Shown piece after piece: positions 13,901 through 28,137 of a DNA stretch of 64,000 nucleotides; positions within the stretch are counted from its first letter, which is position 1, and each line of letters starts with the position of its first letter. The position numbers and the translations under genes are program-made. The notes under the pieces are model-generated. The model saw nothing but the letters and a program-made list of their open reading frames with translations, was not told the DNA's origin and did no database searches. Source of the stretch: Octopus sinensis (Eukaryota); NCBI RefSeq assembly GCF_006345805.1, contig NC_043002.1, positions 65,410,001 through 65,474,000 of the forward strand, in the 5' to 3' direction.

Positions 13901-13904
13901 TTTT

Positions 13905-15083
13905 CAGAAATTATTTGCTCAGGTTCACAGGAAGATCATAAACAAAATGTCATTGACTGGCATGGATTTCAAACAGATTTAGTTATATGTTTAGGCCAAT
14001 ACATGTAATTGAGAGTGATTACAGTGGAAATGGGTACACAAGGCACTAAGCTTGACAATCTACAAACAAAACTTTTTTGCAAGTGGCTGTAAGTCAGACG
14101 CAGCGACCTAAGAGATCGCAGTGATCTGAACAAGATTCGCAACTCAAAATAAAATGATCATTTAATGGGCAAGGTACATACAGTAATAAAATCTATTTTG
14201 AATGAAAATGAAATAGATCACGACCCACTGAATACCCCACTCTATGCTGCAGCTTCAATAACAACACATGGATACTGGGTATATTGATAAATACGCTAAA
14301 GCATTATGCTTCAAGGGAAAACTCATTAGAACAAACGACATGGAGATAGAGGAGTTTGCCATGATCGTGGAATTAGATCCTGAAAAAATTAGATGCATTT
14401 AGGTGTGTGTGAAGTTGATAGCATCCAAAATTCACAAAGGCGCGAAAATTGCGGAAGATGTTATTGTAAGGAGTGAACTTAATGGCAAAAATAAGATTGA
14501 TGCACTCATTACCTTATATATCTATACTGCTGTGAATCGCAATTTTAACAGCATAAAATGCTCCATGAGTGGGAACGGTAAAATTTACTAAAGAATACGC
14601 AAGCATCTCACAGTGTAATGAATGCGTCACCAATGGCAGATGTAGACAACGTATACATCCCATCAATGGATGCAGGACATAGCCTCATGTAGTTACAAGT
14701 GTCTCTAAAGGCAGAAACCATAGGGGCAAACACCTATATAAAGAACATCAATAACGAGATGCTTAAACTTGTCTGCAAATATGGAAGTTCAAACAAGAAT
14801 ACTCAATATGGGAAGAAACAAAGAAACATGTTATGGAATTAAAGATCAACGAGTTGGTGGCCAAACTAGATGAAATATAATAACTAAATATGAGAGCAAA
14901 ACATAAAAACACAAACCAATTCAACTGAAATCTTAGAGTTGCAAAGTAAAGCAATATTCTGACATCAAATGATGCAAATAACAAAATTTATACGAAGAAC
15001 TCAGATAGCAGAAATACTTGGAACAGCTCATGCTGAGAAAAGTACAGCGACTCTAAGCCGCTGGATGGAACTGAGATGTGACA
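13905..15083 (+). mobile_element. Old, heavily decayed R4/Dong-type RT/thumb remnant
   Basis: RSELNGKNKIDALITL and PMADVDNVYIPSMDAGHSLM*LQVSLKAETIG resemble KSELNAKNK.. and HPKADLDRLYLPR..GGRGL..LE..YK..TIG of the younger copies. Confidence 0.6.
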
Positions 15084-15085
15084 TA

Positions 15086-15136
<51 letters not shown>

Positions 15137-15137
<1 letters not shown>

Positions 15138-16926
15138 TATGGATGACCTAAAACTATACGCTGCAAATGACAAACAGCTGGAAACACTATTAAAGACAGT
15201 TCATGAATTTACCAAAGAAATAGATATGAAATTTGGATTAGAAAAATGAGCCAAAGTAACCCTGAAAAGAGGAAAACTAGTTAAGAGTATCAACATCACA
15301 CTAGATAAAACCAATGAAATGAAAGAATTAGACCAAAGCCAAACTTACAAATACTTAGGAACTAGATAAGACACAACACACACAAATGAAAGAGAAAATA
15401 AAAAAAGAATATTATAAACGATTTAGATCAATACTAAAAACAGAGCTCACTGCTAAAAACAAGATGATAGGTATTAACACTTTAGCTGTCCCAGTTATAA
15501 GTTACAGCTACACTGGACACTAAATGAACTGACCAAAATAGATAGGAAAACAAGAAAAATAATGACAGGATCTAGGATGCATCACACAAAATCTGACATA
15601 GAAAGACTATATATACAACGTATAGAAGGTGGTAGAGGCCTTATGCAGCTGGAAAACTACTATAAAATAATCACCATAGGACTGCAAAAATATCTACATC
15701 AGAAGGAAGGAAAACTGATACAAATAGCGCAAAACACGAGCAAAACAAAAAACTGTTCTCAGTATTTAAGGAAGCTGACAAATACAAACAAGAAATCATA
15801 CCACCTAATAAATATGAAGAAGAAGAAGAAGAAGAAGAAGAAGAAGAAGAAGAAGAAGAAGAAGAAGAAGAAGAAGAAGAAGAAGAAAAGAAGAAGAAGA
15901 AGAAGAAGAAGAAGAAGAAGAAGAAGAAGAAGAAGAAGAAGAAGAAGAAGAAGAAGAAGAAGAAGAAGAAGAAGGAGGAGGAGAAGAAGAAGAAACAACA
16001 AAAACTATAAAACAAATGAAATCCAAACTAAAGCTAGAACAGCAAAGAACCATGATAAAACGATGGCAAGAAAAGTCCCTTCATTGTAAATACTGGACTA
16101 AACTAAATGCAAAAGGAATAAACAAAGAAAAATCCCAGCAATGGTTGAGAAGCTCAGGACTCAAAGCAGAGACAGAGGGATTCTTAATTGCAGCACAAGA
16201 CCAAAGCCTCCACACCAGAAATTACCAAAAACATGTAATGAAAAGAAATATAAGAAGTAACTGCAGAATATGTGGAGATGGACAAGAAACAATAAATCAT
16301 ATTATCTCTGGCTGCCCAGTCCTGGCTAAGAAGGAATATATTCACAGACATGACAGAATTGGAACCTACATACACTGGAAGCTATGCCAACATTATGGAA
16401 TAACAACAGAAAAAAGATGGTATAGGCACACGCCAGAAAAGGTCACAGAAAATGAGAAAGCAACCATACTCTGGGATATGCCGATACACACAGACAGAGA
16501 AATTAAGGCCAACAGACCAGATATAGTTGTCAGAGATCATGAAGAAAAAAATGCTTTCTAATTGATGTATCAATACCGGAAGATGACAACGTGTCTCTAA
16601 AAGAAATGGAGAAACTTTCAAAATACAAAGACCTGGAAATAGAGGTAACCAAAATGTGGAATCTAAAAACAGAGACAATTCCTATCATAGTAGGTGCATT
16701 AGGCATGATAAAAAATATTCAGACAAATACATAACAAAAACACCAGGACTTACAAACACATATAACATACATATAATTGCACTACTAGGCACTGCACACA
16801 TCCTACGCAGAACACTTTCCATACAATAACCATCAGAGCATCACAACAAATCACAGCACATACCCAAGGCACACAGAGATGCGCTCGGTAGGGAAGTGAA
16901 AGCATGCTAAAAAAATAAAACTACTG
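15137..16926 (+). mobile_element. 5'-truncated R4/Dong-type retrotransposon (from RT MDD motif through REL and 3'UTR), frameshifted
   Basis: MDDLKLYA at the 5' end, FGLEK, YKYLG, HHTKSDIERLYIQRIEGGRGL, CRIC..HIISGC, RHD, NRPDIVV; (AAT)n flanks. Confidence 0.92.
15816..15994. repeat. (GAA)n expansion inside the LINE ORF
   Basis: Direct reading. Confidence 0.95.
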
Positions 16927-16954
16927 GATGATAATAATAATAATAATAATAATT

Positions 16955-18128
16955 TTGGCACAAGACCAGAAACATCGGGATTGGGGCAGCTAACTGAATT
17001 ACATCGACCCTAGTGTTCAGCTGGTACTTAATTTATCGACCCCGAAAGGATGAAAGACAATGACGACCTCAGCAGAATTTGAACTCACAAAGTAAAGTCA
17101 GAAGAGTGGCAGCTAAGCATTTTATCTGGCGCGCTTACAATAATAATCCATTCTACTGGAGAAGAAAGGCATGAAATTTGTTGGAGCGGTGGGGGAATAT
17201 TCGATTACATTGAACCCAGTGGTTTATTGGTAATTAATTTATCGATACCAAAAGGATGAAAGGCAAAGTCGACCTCGGCGGATTTTGAACTCAGAACGTA
17301 ACGGCAGACGAAATACCTATTTCTTTACTACCCAAAAAGGGGCTAAACACAGAGAGGACAAACAAGGACAGACAAACGGATTAAGTGGATTATACCAACC
17401 TCAGTGCGTAACTGGTACTTATTTAATCGACCCCGAAAGGATGAAAGGCAAAGTGGACCTCGGCAGAATTTGAACTCAGAACGTAGCGGCAGACGAAATA
17501 CGGCTACGCATTTCGCTCGGCGTGCTAACTTTTCTGCCAGCTCCCCGCCTTAGGCACGTCAATAATAATAATCGTTTCTATTCTAGACACAAGGCCCAAC
17601 ATTTTTGGGGAGGGGACCAAGTTGATTAGATCGACCTCAGTATGCCACTGGTACTTAATTTATCGACCCCAAAAGGATGAAAGGGACAGTCAACCTCAGC
17701 GAAATTTGAATTCTGAGCGTAAAGACAGATGAAATACCTATTTCTTTACTACCCACAAGGGGTTAAACATAGAGGGGACAAACAAAGACAGACAAACGGA
17801 TTAAGTTGATTACATCGACCCCAGTGCGTAACTGGTACTTTATTTATTGACCCCGGAAGGATGAAAGGCAAAGTCGACCCCGGCGGAATTTGAACTCAGA
17901 ACGTAGCGGCAGACGAAATACTGCTAAGCATTTCGCCCGGCGTGCTAACTTTTCTGCCAGCTTGCCGCCTTAGGCTCGTCAATAACAATAATCGTTTCTA
18001 TTCTAGACACAAGGCCCAACATTTTTGGGGAGGGGACCAAGTTGATTAGTATGCCACTGGTACTTAATTTATCGAATGCTAAGCATTTCGCCCGGCGTGC
18101 TAACATTTCTGCCCGCTTCCCGCCTTTG
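16955..18128 (-). mobile_element. Tandem cluster of family A SINE units (monomers, dimers, 420-bp duplication)
   Basis: At least five repeats of atcgaccccgaaaggatgaaaggcaaagtcgacctcggcggaatttgaactcagaacgta. Confidence 0.88.
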
Positions 18129-18814
18129 TCTCGGAAATAATAATAACGACATAGCAGGCATTTATAAGTGAAATGTTTCAATGATAAGTTATAATTTCAG
18201 TATACCTAGTTGAAGAAGAAATTAATTTGTAAACCAGACAAATTGACACAACAATAATAATCAGTGCATTTAGAATACTTCACATAAAATATGATGCTAA
18301 AAGATTATTTTGTCTACGAATACAGGTAAGTATGAGGATTATGCAACTAAGAAAAGTATCTATTGTAAAAGATCCATTGAATAAATTGAAACATGTCAGT
18401 GAAACGACAAAAGCAAGCTAATAAAATCATATATAAATTGCAACCGCAGGCGAATGATTGACCGAGTCGCGGGATTGGATGATTTGTCATTTTTCTCCCA
18501 TGTCCATGCTCTCAATGTTCGAATTCCTCTCAAGCCATCACTGTATTTTATACGTTCGGGTCTTTTGGATCGATTCTATAAGATTCTAGGCTTATATACC
18601 TTACGGTATTTCTCATTTGTCTTTTTAGTTCAAATTTCTTCATAACCTCTTACCTGGAATTTTGAGGGTCTTTAACTGAGACCATTTTATTGTGAGCACT
18701 CAAATCGGTTTCCTTAATTCATCATGTAATCCTCACACATTTTCACCACTCTCGGAGGAGCAGTAAAATGTCACCTACTCTGGTTTTTAAACTGTTTATA
18801 TGATAAAAAAAAAA

Positions 18815-18965
18815 CTTAGCGGTTCGGCAAAAAGAGACCGATAGAATAAGTACTGGGCTTACAAAAAAGGAATAAGTCCCGGGGTCGAGTTGCTCGACTA
18901 AAGGTGGTGCTCCAGCATGGCCGCAGTCAAATGACTGAAACAAGTAAAGGAGTAAAAGAGTAGAG
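18815..18965 (+). mobile_element. Family B SINE 3' end
   Basis: cttagcggttcggcaaaagagaccgatagaataagtact...gactgaaacaagtaaaggagtaaaagag. Confidence 0.8.
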
Positions 18966-19527
18966 TAAACTGAATCTGAATTCCTTGCTCTTTGCCCCAC
19001 TGTATCTATTGTCAAAGGAACCATCAAACAAAATGTTTGAAATACAATTATGAAGAAGCGAAACGAACAAAATAAACAGGAATGGTTAAACATAAAGACG
19101 GAAAGAATACCTTGTACCACTTCGTCTGAAGCTTTCACAACTCTGTCTATTCAGTGCCTAAAAAATTGTTTCCAACATAAATACAGAGGCTGAAATATGA
19201 GGGCTGAGGCGTTAATCTACTATATCAACTCGAGTATATAACTTGTATTTTATTTTCACAAACACCTAGGGAAGAAAAGCAACGATTACCTCAACGAGAT
19301 TCGAAACCGAGCCGAAAATACAAAACTAAATAATGTATTTTCTCTGGTGTGTTACTACTACTACTACTACTTGAAGAATGTTGTCTCTTCTGCTATTATT
19401 TGATTTTTTCCAGACGATACTTTCTATTTTTCTCGTAAATTCGTGTCTTTTTCTACAAACACTTTCTTTTTTTTACTCCCTATAGTTGCTATTCTACGCA
19501 GAACCCCCCCACACCCATACACACACT

Positions 19528-21560
<2,033 letters not shown>

Positions 21561-21696
21561 AGGGTGTTGTTGAGTTTGGAAGATCAGTTGGTCCTTATCG
21601 TTTATTATCAAATTTACTCACTCAGTATCCGTATGATGGGTATGTGTGCGTGTGTTTTGTATATGTGTGTGTGCATATTTTTTTTATTCTTCTATT

Positions 21697-21893
21697 TATT
21701 TCAGTCATTTGACTGAAAGTCTTGCTGGAGCACCGCGTTTAGTCGAGGAAATTGACCCCAGGGCTTATTCTTTTGTAAACCTTGTACGTATTCTCTTAGT
21801 CACTTTTGCCGAACCTTTACTAATTTACAGGAACGTAAGCACACCAACATCGGCTGACAAGCGATAGTGGGGAGACAAACACAGTCACACAAA
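21697..21893 (-). mobile_element. Family B SINE 3' half
   Basis: Same diagnostic blocks as 13625-13900. Confidence 0.75.
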
Positions 21894-21907
21894 CATATAC
21901 GTACATA

Positions 21908-22031
21908 TATAGTTGTGATGCATGTGCTTGGTGTACCCTTATCAGACTGGTTGGTAGTCATGATGGTTATACTGGGCTTCGTATATTTTACCCTTGTGAC
22001 ACTTTGATGGCATGCACTGCTCTGTCACTCA
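21908..22031 (+). mobile_element. Short 3'-terminal copy of non-coding repeat family C (probable LINE 3'UTR)
   Basis: Reverse complement of 26606-26725; ends ctctgtcactc followed by (ATG/AAT)n. Confidence 0.7.
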
Positions 22032-22097
22032 ATGATGATGATGATAATTGTTTCTTTAATTGTTTCCATGTAAGTATGGGAAAATATTCCCCCATAT

Positions 22098-22139
<42 letters not shown>

Positions 22140-22171
22140 TATATATATACATACATATATATATATGTATA

Positions 22172-22286
22172 TATAGAAGGAGCTTCTGCAGGACTAGAAC
22201 TGTTTCATTCAAAAGAAATCATCAAGAAGCTCCTGATGATTTCTTTTGAATGAAACAGTTCTAGTCCTGTAGAAGCTCCTTCTATA
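22172..22286. ncRNA. 53-bp-arm palindrome carrying two head-to-head hammerhead-like motifs
   Basis: Arms 22172-22224 and 22234-22286 differ at one position. Plus strand: agcuc CUGAUGA uuucuuuugaau GAAA cag-uucuaguc-cug UA gaagcu. Confidence 0.6.
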
Positions 22287-22369
22287 AAATAAATTAATTT
22301 ACTCTGCTATGTATTGAGTACCTTATTGACTGTGGTTAACCCCGACTCAACCCGGGACCTATATATATG

Positions 22370-22435
<66 letters not shown>

Positions 22436-22440
22436 TATAT

Positions 22441-23116
22441 ATAATTTCAACAATTGAGGGTAAAATTAATTAATTAATCAATTTCACCAAGTATTCAGTA
22501 TGCAAAGGGACCATTTAAGGCGAATTCAAATTATTACATTATATAAAAGGGCTTAGTAAAATAAATTACTTTGCCGCATACTGAACTCATTAGAAATAGC
22601 AGCTAAAAAAACTTTTTTAAAACTATTTCTAATACTTAAAGAAAACCTCTCTCATATAGTGTTTGCTCAATTCAACTCACGCAAATATGGGGGTAGAGAC
22701 AATAAAAAATCAAGTGCAAAGGTTATTTGAGAACGTACGTTTCAAGATTAGTCAAAATCGACATTTCTATCAACAGCTCAGAACTCCCTGGTTTGGATTT
22801 GAAACACTGAAAGTGGGAGCATACCCTTTCGGCTTCCTATCGCTTCTGAAGATCTGCTCGTAACTAACAGTGCCAACAAACTCAAAAATGCAAGCGAAGA
22901 ATTTCTGCTCTCCCCTTTCCACCAGCGTGGGTTAAAATCAGTAAACACTATGCTTTTTTCGGTAAAATCCGCGGCATTATATAGACAGAGATGAATTATA
23001 ATTTCAACAATTGAGGGTAAAATTAATTAATTAATCAATTTCACCAAGTATTCAGTATGCAAAGGGACCATTTAAGGCGAATTCAAATTATTACATTATA
23101 TGGTGAAATTGATTAA
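22441..23116 (-). mobile_element. Direct-repeat-bounded non-coding element (Penelope pLTR/retrozyme-like) with hammerhead-like core at 22728-22780
   Basis: Identical ~100-bp repeats at 22441-22542 and ~22999-23100, then a 16-bp inverted piece (23101-23116). Minus strand: ugag CUGUUGA ... GAAA cguacg UU cuca. Confidence 0.6.
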
Positions 23117-23257
23117 GTATATGACTCACTATATAGTATTTGAACATGAAGGTTTGTCTGAAGGCTTCCTTGATCGAATAATTTTTCTGAAATATGATCT
23201 CTGATTTGTCTTTATCGTTGTTGTTGTTGTTTTCAGTCTCAGTACAAAGGCCGCTTT

Positions 23258-23635
23258 TTTGGCAGCAGGTGTAGTACGCCGGACAAAATGCTTAGCGGTA
23301 TTTCGTCTGCCGCTACGTTCTGAGTTCAAATTCCGCCAAGGTCGACTTTGCCTTTCATCCTTTCGGGGTCGATTAAATAAGTACCAGTTACGCACCGGGG
23401 TCAATATAATCGACTTATCCGTTTGTCTGTCTTTGTTTGTCCTCTCTGTGTTTAGCTCCTTGTGGGTAGTAAAGAAATAGGCATTTCGTCTGCCTTTAGG
23501 TTCTTAGTTCAAACTCAGTAGAGGTCAAATTAGCTTTTCATCGTTTTGGTGTGGTTAAAATAGGTACCAGGTCAGCAATGCTGTCGATGAAATAAAATTA
23601 CCCACTAAATTCCGGGCCTTGTACCTATAAAAGAA
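23258..23635 (+). mobile_element. Family A SINE dimer
   Basis: B box gagttcaaattcc + core, junction gaaataggcatttcgtc, second decayed unit, (TTA)n tail. Confidence 0.85.
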
Positions 23636-23638
23636 ACA

Positions 23639-23695
<57 letters not shown>

Positions 23696-23699
23696 GTTA

Positions 23700-25010
23700 T
23701 GTTTTTTGCTTCTTTCTTCAAATTTTCTTCCGTTTCTCGCCGAGTGTTTTCCATACACCTAGGGCAGAGAAGGGCATTGTATGCATTCCCAGATTACACG
23801 CGCAAATTCAAAGATAAAATATGTATTTAAAAATTAATAAATAAATAAATTCATGGATGGATGTTATTTTCACAGCGATAGTGCTCTTCTCAGTACATGA
23901 GCCGTTCTAGTTAATACGATTTTTTGCACTTCCTGTAGGGATGGTAAGCCTGGAATCTTTTTCAAATAGGTTTCAGTAACTTTTTTTATCATTCCTGGAG
24001 ATCCTACAATCACTGGTACTGTAGTCGCCTTGAGATGCCACATTTTTTCAATTTCTATTAGCAGGTCTTTATATTTACTAATCTTGTCAAATTCTTTCGC
24101 CGCTATATTGTGATCACAGGGAATACTCATGTCAATTAACAAACACGTCCTTTTTGTCTGATCTTTTATAATAATATCCTCTTTATTAGCTTGTATAGTC
24201 CTGTCGGTCTGTACGGGGAAGTCCCATAGAATCGACACAATTTCTCCCTCAGTTACAGCTTCATTATGATGTTTATACCATTTGTTAACGGTTTTGATTT
24301 TATAATGCCGACATATTGTCCAATGTAAATACTGGCTGACTCTGTCATGTCTTGCTTTATATTCTGCAGGTGCTAAGACTCTACACCCTGAGATTAGGTG
24401 GTCTATTGTTTCAATCTCATCGTTACAGAATCGGCATTTTGGGTCAGCTCCATTTTTCATCACATTGGCTTGGTAGTTCCGGGTTAATAAGCTTTGGTCT
24501 TGAGCAGCTAATATGAAACCTTTAGTCTCTGCTTTTAGCCCTGAACTTCGTAACCATTGGTGCGTGTGTTTCTGGTCGACATCAGCTTGTTTGCTACGGG
24601 CCACATACTTGCCATGGAGAGGTTTCTGTTCCCATCTGCTAGCTAAATTTTCATGAGCTTTTGTCTTTGCAATTAATTTTATTTTCTTTGCAGCTGCAGT
24701 TGGCGCATTTCCTTCAGCCTGATCAATCTGGCGGGTATCTAAGAGATCAGCAGCGAATTTTTTGCTCTCTTTGAGAATAGAGTGAAGTTTTTTAGGTCTT
24801 TCATGTTTTTCAACAAGTTTTAGCATCCAATCGTTGGTTGCTTCAAGGTATTTGTCCAGTCCGATTGTGGTGGTTTTGTATGTAAGTTCAAGCTGGATCA
24901 AATCTCGACCTCCCTGAGCTCTGGGAAGGTAAAGGCGATCCAGGTCTGCCTTTGGATGGTGCATCTTATTACAAGTCAGTAGCTAGTGCATCTTATTACA
25001 AGCCAGTAGC
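23700..25010 (-). mobile_element. 5'-truncated R4/Dong-type retrotransposon; open frame 23870-24964 (thumb, CCHC, REL)
   Basis: HHPKADLDRLYLPRAQGGR, CRFC..ETIDHLISGC, RHD, ILWDFPVQTD, KISKYKDL; (AAT)n on the sense strand at both ends. Confidence 0.92.
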
Positions 25011-25100
<90 letters not shown>

Positions 25101-25127
25101 TATCATCATCATCATCATCATCATCAT

Positions 25128-25460
25128 TGAGTGACAGAGCAGTACATGCCATCAAAGTGTCACAGGGGTAAAATATACGAAGGCCAGTTTAACCTTCATG
25201 ACTACCAGTCTGATATGGGTACGCCAAGCACATGCATCACAACTATATATGCGCGACATGGTGATTTCAAGTCAAAAGAAACAGCGCATGACCTTGCAGG
25301 TGGGGCCCAGTTAAAGTTTTCTTCGGGTCGAGTAGATCATCCACTCAAAAGGTCCCTCAATAAGGGTGGTTTAAGGATATTGAACAAAGCACCCATGTTT
25401 CCAAAGGTGAATTATCCAAACCCTAAGAATTCCTCTCAACACATGGCTATGATCCTTCCC
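25128..25460 (-). mobile_element. Family C non-coding repeat (probable long LINE 3'UTR or non-autonomous derivative)
   Basis: Colinear with 26606-26940; embedded in (ATT/ATC)n. Confidence 0.75.
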
Positions 25461-25477
25461 CATTATTATTATCATTA

Positions 25478-25550
<73 letters not shown>

Positions 25551-25551
<1 letters not shown>

Positions 25552-26580
25552 CTTGTTTTTGCACAGATTCTAACACTGGAGATGTACTATTGTCCCAGCT
25601 GTTCATTACCAGTGAACTAAGGTAACACCCATTATCTTTCGAGCATCTTACGGAGTATTCGAGCGGTTCCAAGCACTGCTGTTTTCTGCGTGTACTCCAC
25701 ACTTATTGCATCCCCTACTTGTTCCATGTACTTCTCAAGATTTTTACTCACTGCTCCCAGGGCTCCGACAATTCTTGGTACCACTACCACCTTTATCAGT
25801 GACCACAACTGCTTAACTTCCCACGCTAACCTGTCATATCTATCGACCTTTTTGTGTTCCTTATTGCATACCTTGTTGACAGCTGGGCATGCTATATCTA
25901 TGATCCAGACTCGTTTACTTTCTTTCTTAATTAACACTATGTCTGGTTTCCTATTCTCTATCTCATGGTCGCACTGAATCATAAAATCCCATAGGATTTT
26001 GCTTTATCATTTTCGATGATGCCTTCAGGATTATGTTCGTACCAATTTTTTTCTCTGTCAAGTCTATACTTGTAGCAAAGTGTCCAGTGGCCAATCCTTG
26101 CCATATTGCCATGACACCTCCTATACTCTCTCTGAGAAGGGCGATCAGCTGGCAGAATCGTTAGGATGCCAGGCGAAATGCTTAGCAGTTTGCCGTTACG
26201 TTCTGAGGTCGACTTTGCCTTTCATCCTTTCGGGGTCGATTAAGTAAGTACCAGTTACGCACTGGGTCGATGTAATCGACTTAATCCCTTTGTCTTTCCT
26301 TGTTTGTTCCCTCTATGTTAATCCCCCTGTGGGCAATAAAGAAATATACACTCTTTCTGGGATAGTCACGTGCATTATCTGGTAATTCGCCATACGGTTT
26401 CACTATTTTATCCACAAATGCTGCACTCATCACTTTCTGATGTGTCCTCTATTCTGTATTTTATGTAATTGGTTCTTGATACTTGCTATTGGCCAGCAAA
26501 GATTAGAGCCTCCGTTTTCGGTTTTAAATCATTCTTAGACATCCATAGCCATCTCTTTTCTTTATCCACCTATTTTCAGT
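25551..26580 (-). mobile_element. Decayed R4/Dong-type 3' end (different family), interrupted by a SINE
   Basis: IQCDHEIENRKPDIVLI..IIDIACP..KVDRYDRL..VGALG..RILRKML; upstream WLWMSKNDLKPKTEALIFAGQ. Confidence 0.85.
26138..26346 (+). mobile_element. Family A SINE monomer nested in the LINE remnant
   Basis: ctggcagaatcgttagg head, core, ends gggcaataaagaaata; flanked by similar atactctctctg / acactctttctg (decayed TSD). Confidence 0.8.
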
Positions 26581-26605
26581 TTATTATTATTACTATTATT
26601 ATTAT

Positions 26606-27004
26606 TGAGTGAGAGAGCAGTTCATACCATCAAAGTGACACTGGGGTAAAATATACGAAGCCCAATATACCCATCATGACTACCCGTCTGATAAAGGTAC
26701 ACCAGGCACATGCATCACAACCATATGTGCGCGACATGGTGATCTCATATCGAGATAAACAGCACATGACCTTGCAGGTGGGGCCCAGTTAGAATTTTCT
26801 TCAGGTTGAGTAGCCCATCCCGCTCAAACAGTCCCTGAATAAGGGTTGTTTAAGGATGTTGAAAGAACCACCCATGTTTCCAGAGGTGAACTATTCAAAC
26901 CCCAAAGAATCCCTCTCAACACATGGCTATGATGCTCCCCCACTACTTCTGCTCGTGATCAGAGATGCACATATCGTCAGCCACTAAGGGACATGCTCAA
27001 CTGG
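26606..27004 (-). mobile_element. Family C non-coding repeat, longest copy (~400 bp)
   Basis: Homologous to 25128-25460 and 21908-22031; (ATT)n on both sides. Confidence 0.75.
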
Positions 27005-27063
<59 letters not shown>

Positions 27064-27065
27064 CA

Positions 27066-27138
<73 letters not shown>

Positions 27139-27139
27139 C

Positions 27140-27540
27140 TAAGACGTAGCAGAGTGTCCAGTATCGTGATGTTCATTGAAGATATTCTGTCTACCGGGGT
27201 GTTTGAATTGTCTGTCAAGTCAGAACAAGGACCTCAGACAATATGCGTGCTGTTTCAAGTAACGCCCATATTTGCAATTCATCTAGATTGTAGGGTATTT
27301 CTAAATCTTCCAGATGTTTCTTCAGGTTAGGAGGTATTGAATCCACTGCTATGATGACAATAGGGACAAACTTTATATTTGACTTTATATTTGTATTCAA
27401 TTCCTGATCGATCTGGGCAGCGTTGATTAGGATTTCAGTCTTCTTTTTTAAGTCCTTCCTGAGCTACCTCTATCATGCTCCCTGATCTTCTAAGTTGTTA
27501 CTTTTACATGGAACTAACCATGCAATTCGACGCGGACTTG
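27140..27540 (-). mobile_element. Very decayed R4/Dong-type REL 3' end
   Basis: IKFVPIVIIAVDSIPPNLKKHLEDLEIPYNLDELQIWALLETARILSEVL. Confidence 0.6.
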
Positions 27541-27769
27541 AATTTCTTCTCTGTCGTGAAGAACGCCAGGTGAAATGCTACGCGGTATTTCATCTGTCGC
27601 TACCTTCTGATTTCAAATTCCAGCGAGGTTGACTTTGTCATTTATCCTTTTGGGGCCAATAAAATAAATACCAGCTGAATACTGTGGTCGATGTAATCGA
27701 CTTACACTCCACCCCACCCCGAATCGGCTGGCCTTGCGCCAACATTTGATATTGTTATTATTGCTCATA

Positions 27770-28059
27770 TATACACAACAGATTAAACAGTTGTAAAAGA
27801 AAAGATCCTAACAATGTTTTCTGGAGCTGTACAAAACTGGATTTTATGCCTTTTTCCTCTCCTCATCTCTTCAAATCTTTAGGGATTGCTCCCAGTGCAC
27901 CTATAACTACTGGGATCCATTTTATCCGCACTTTCCATAGTCTCTGCAATGCAATGGGTAGGTCACGGTAGGTTGCTATTTTTTATATACCTCACGTATT
28001 AATTTTTTCATCATTTGGGTCTGTAAGGTCAATTATCTGGCATTTTATATTCTCTTTAT

Positions 28060-28137
<78 letters not shown>

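Noticed and set aside
16955-18128. CRISPR-like regular repeats (also 50976-51476)
   Set aside because: Units are 180-420-bp SINE copies with homologous spacers; eukaryotic context, no cas genes
23870-24964. 364-aa and 226-aa (11915-12595) open frames as functional or domesticated nucleases
   Set aside because: Both are 5'-truncated LINE ends starting at internal Met codons; the 364-aa copy has PD->ED and other motif changes
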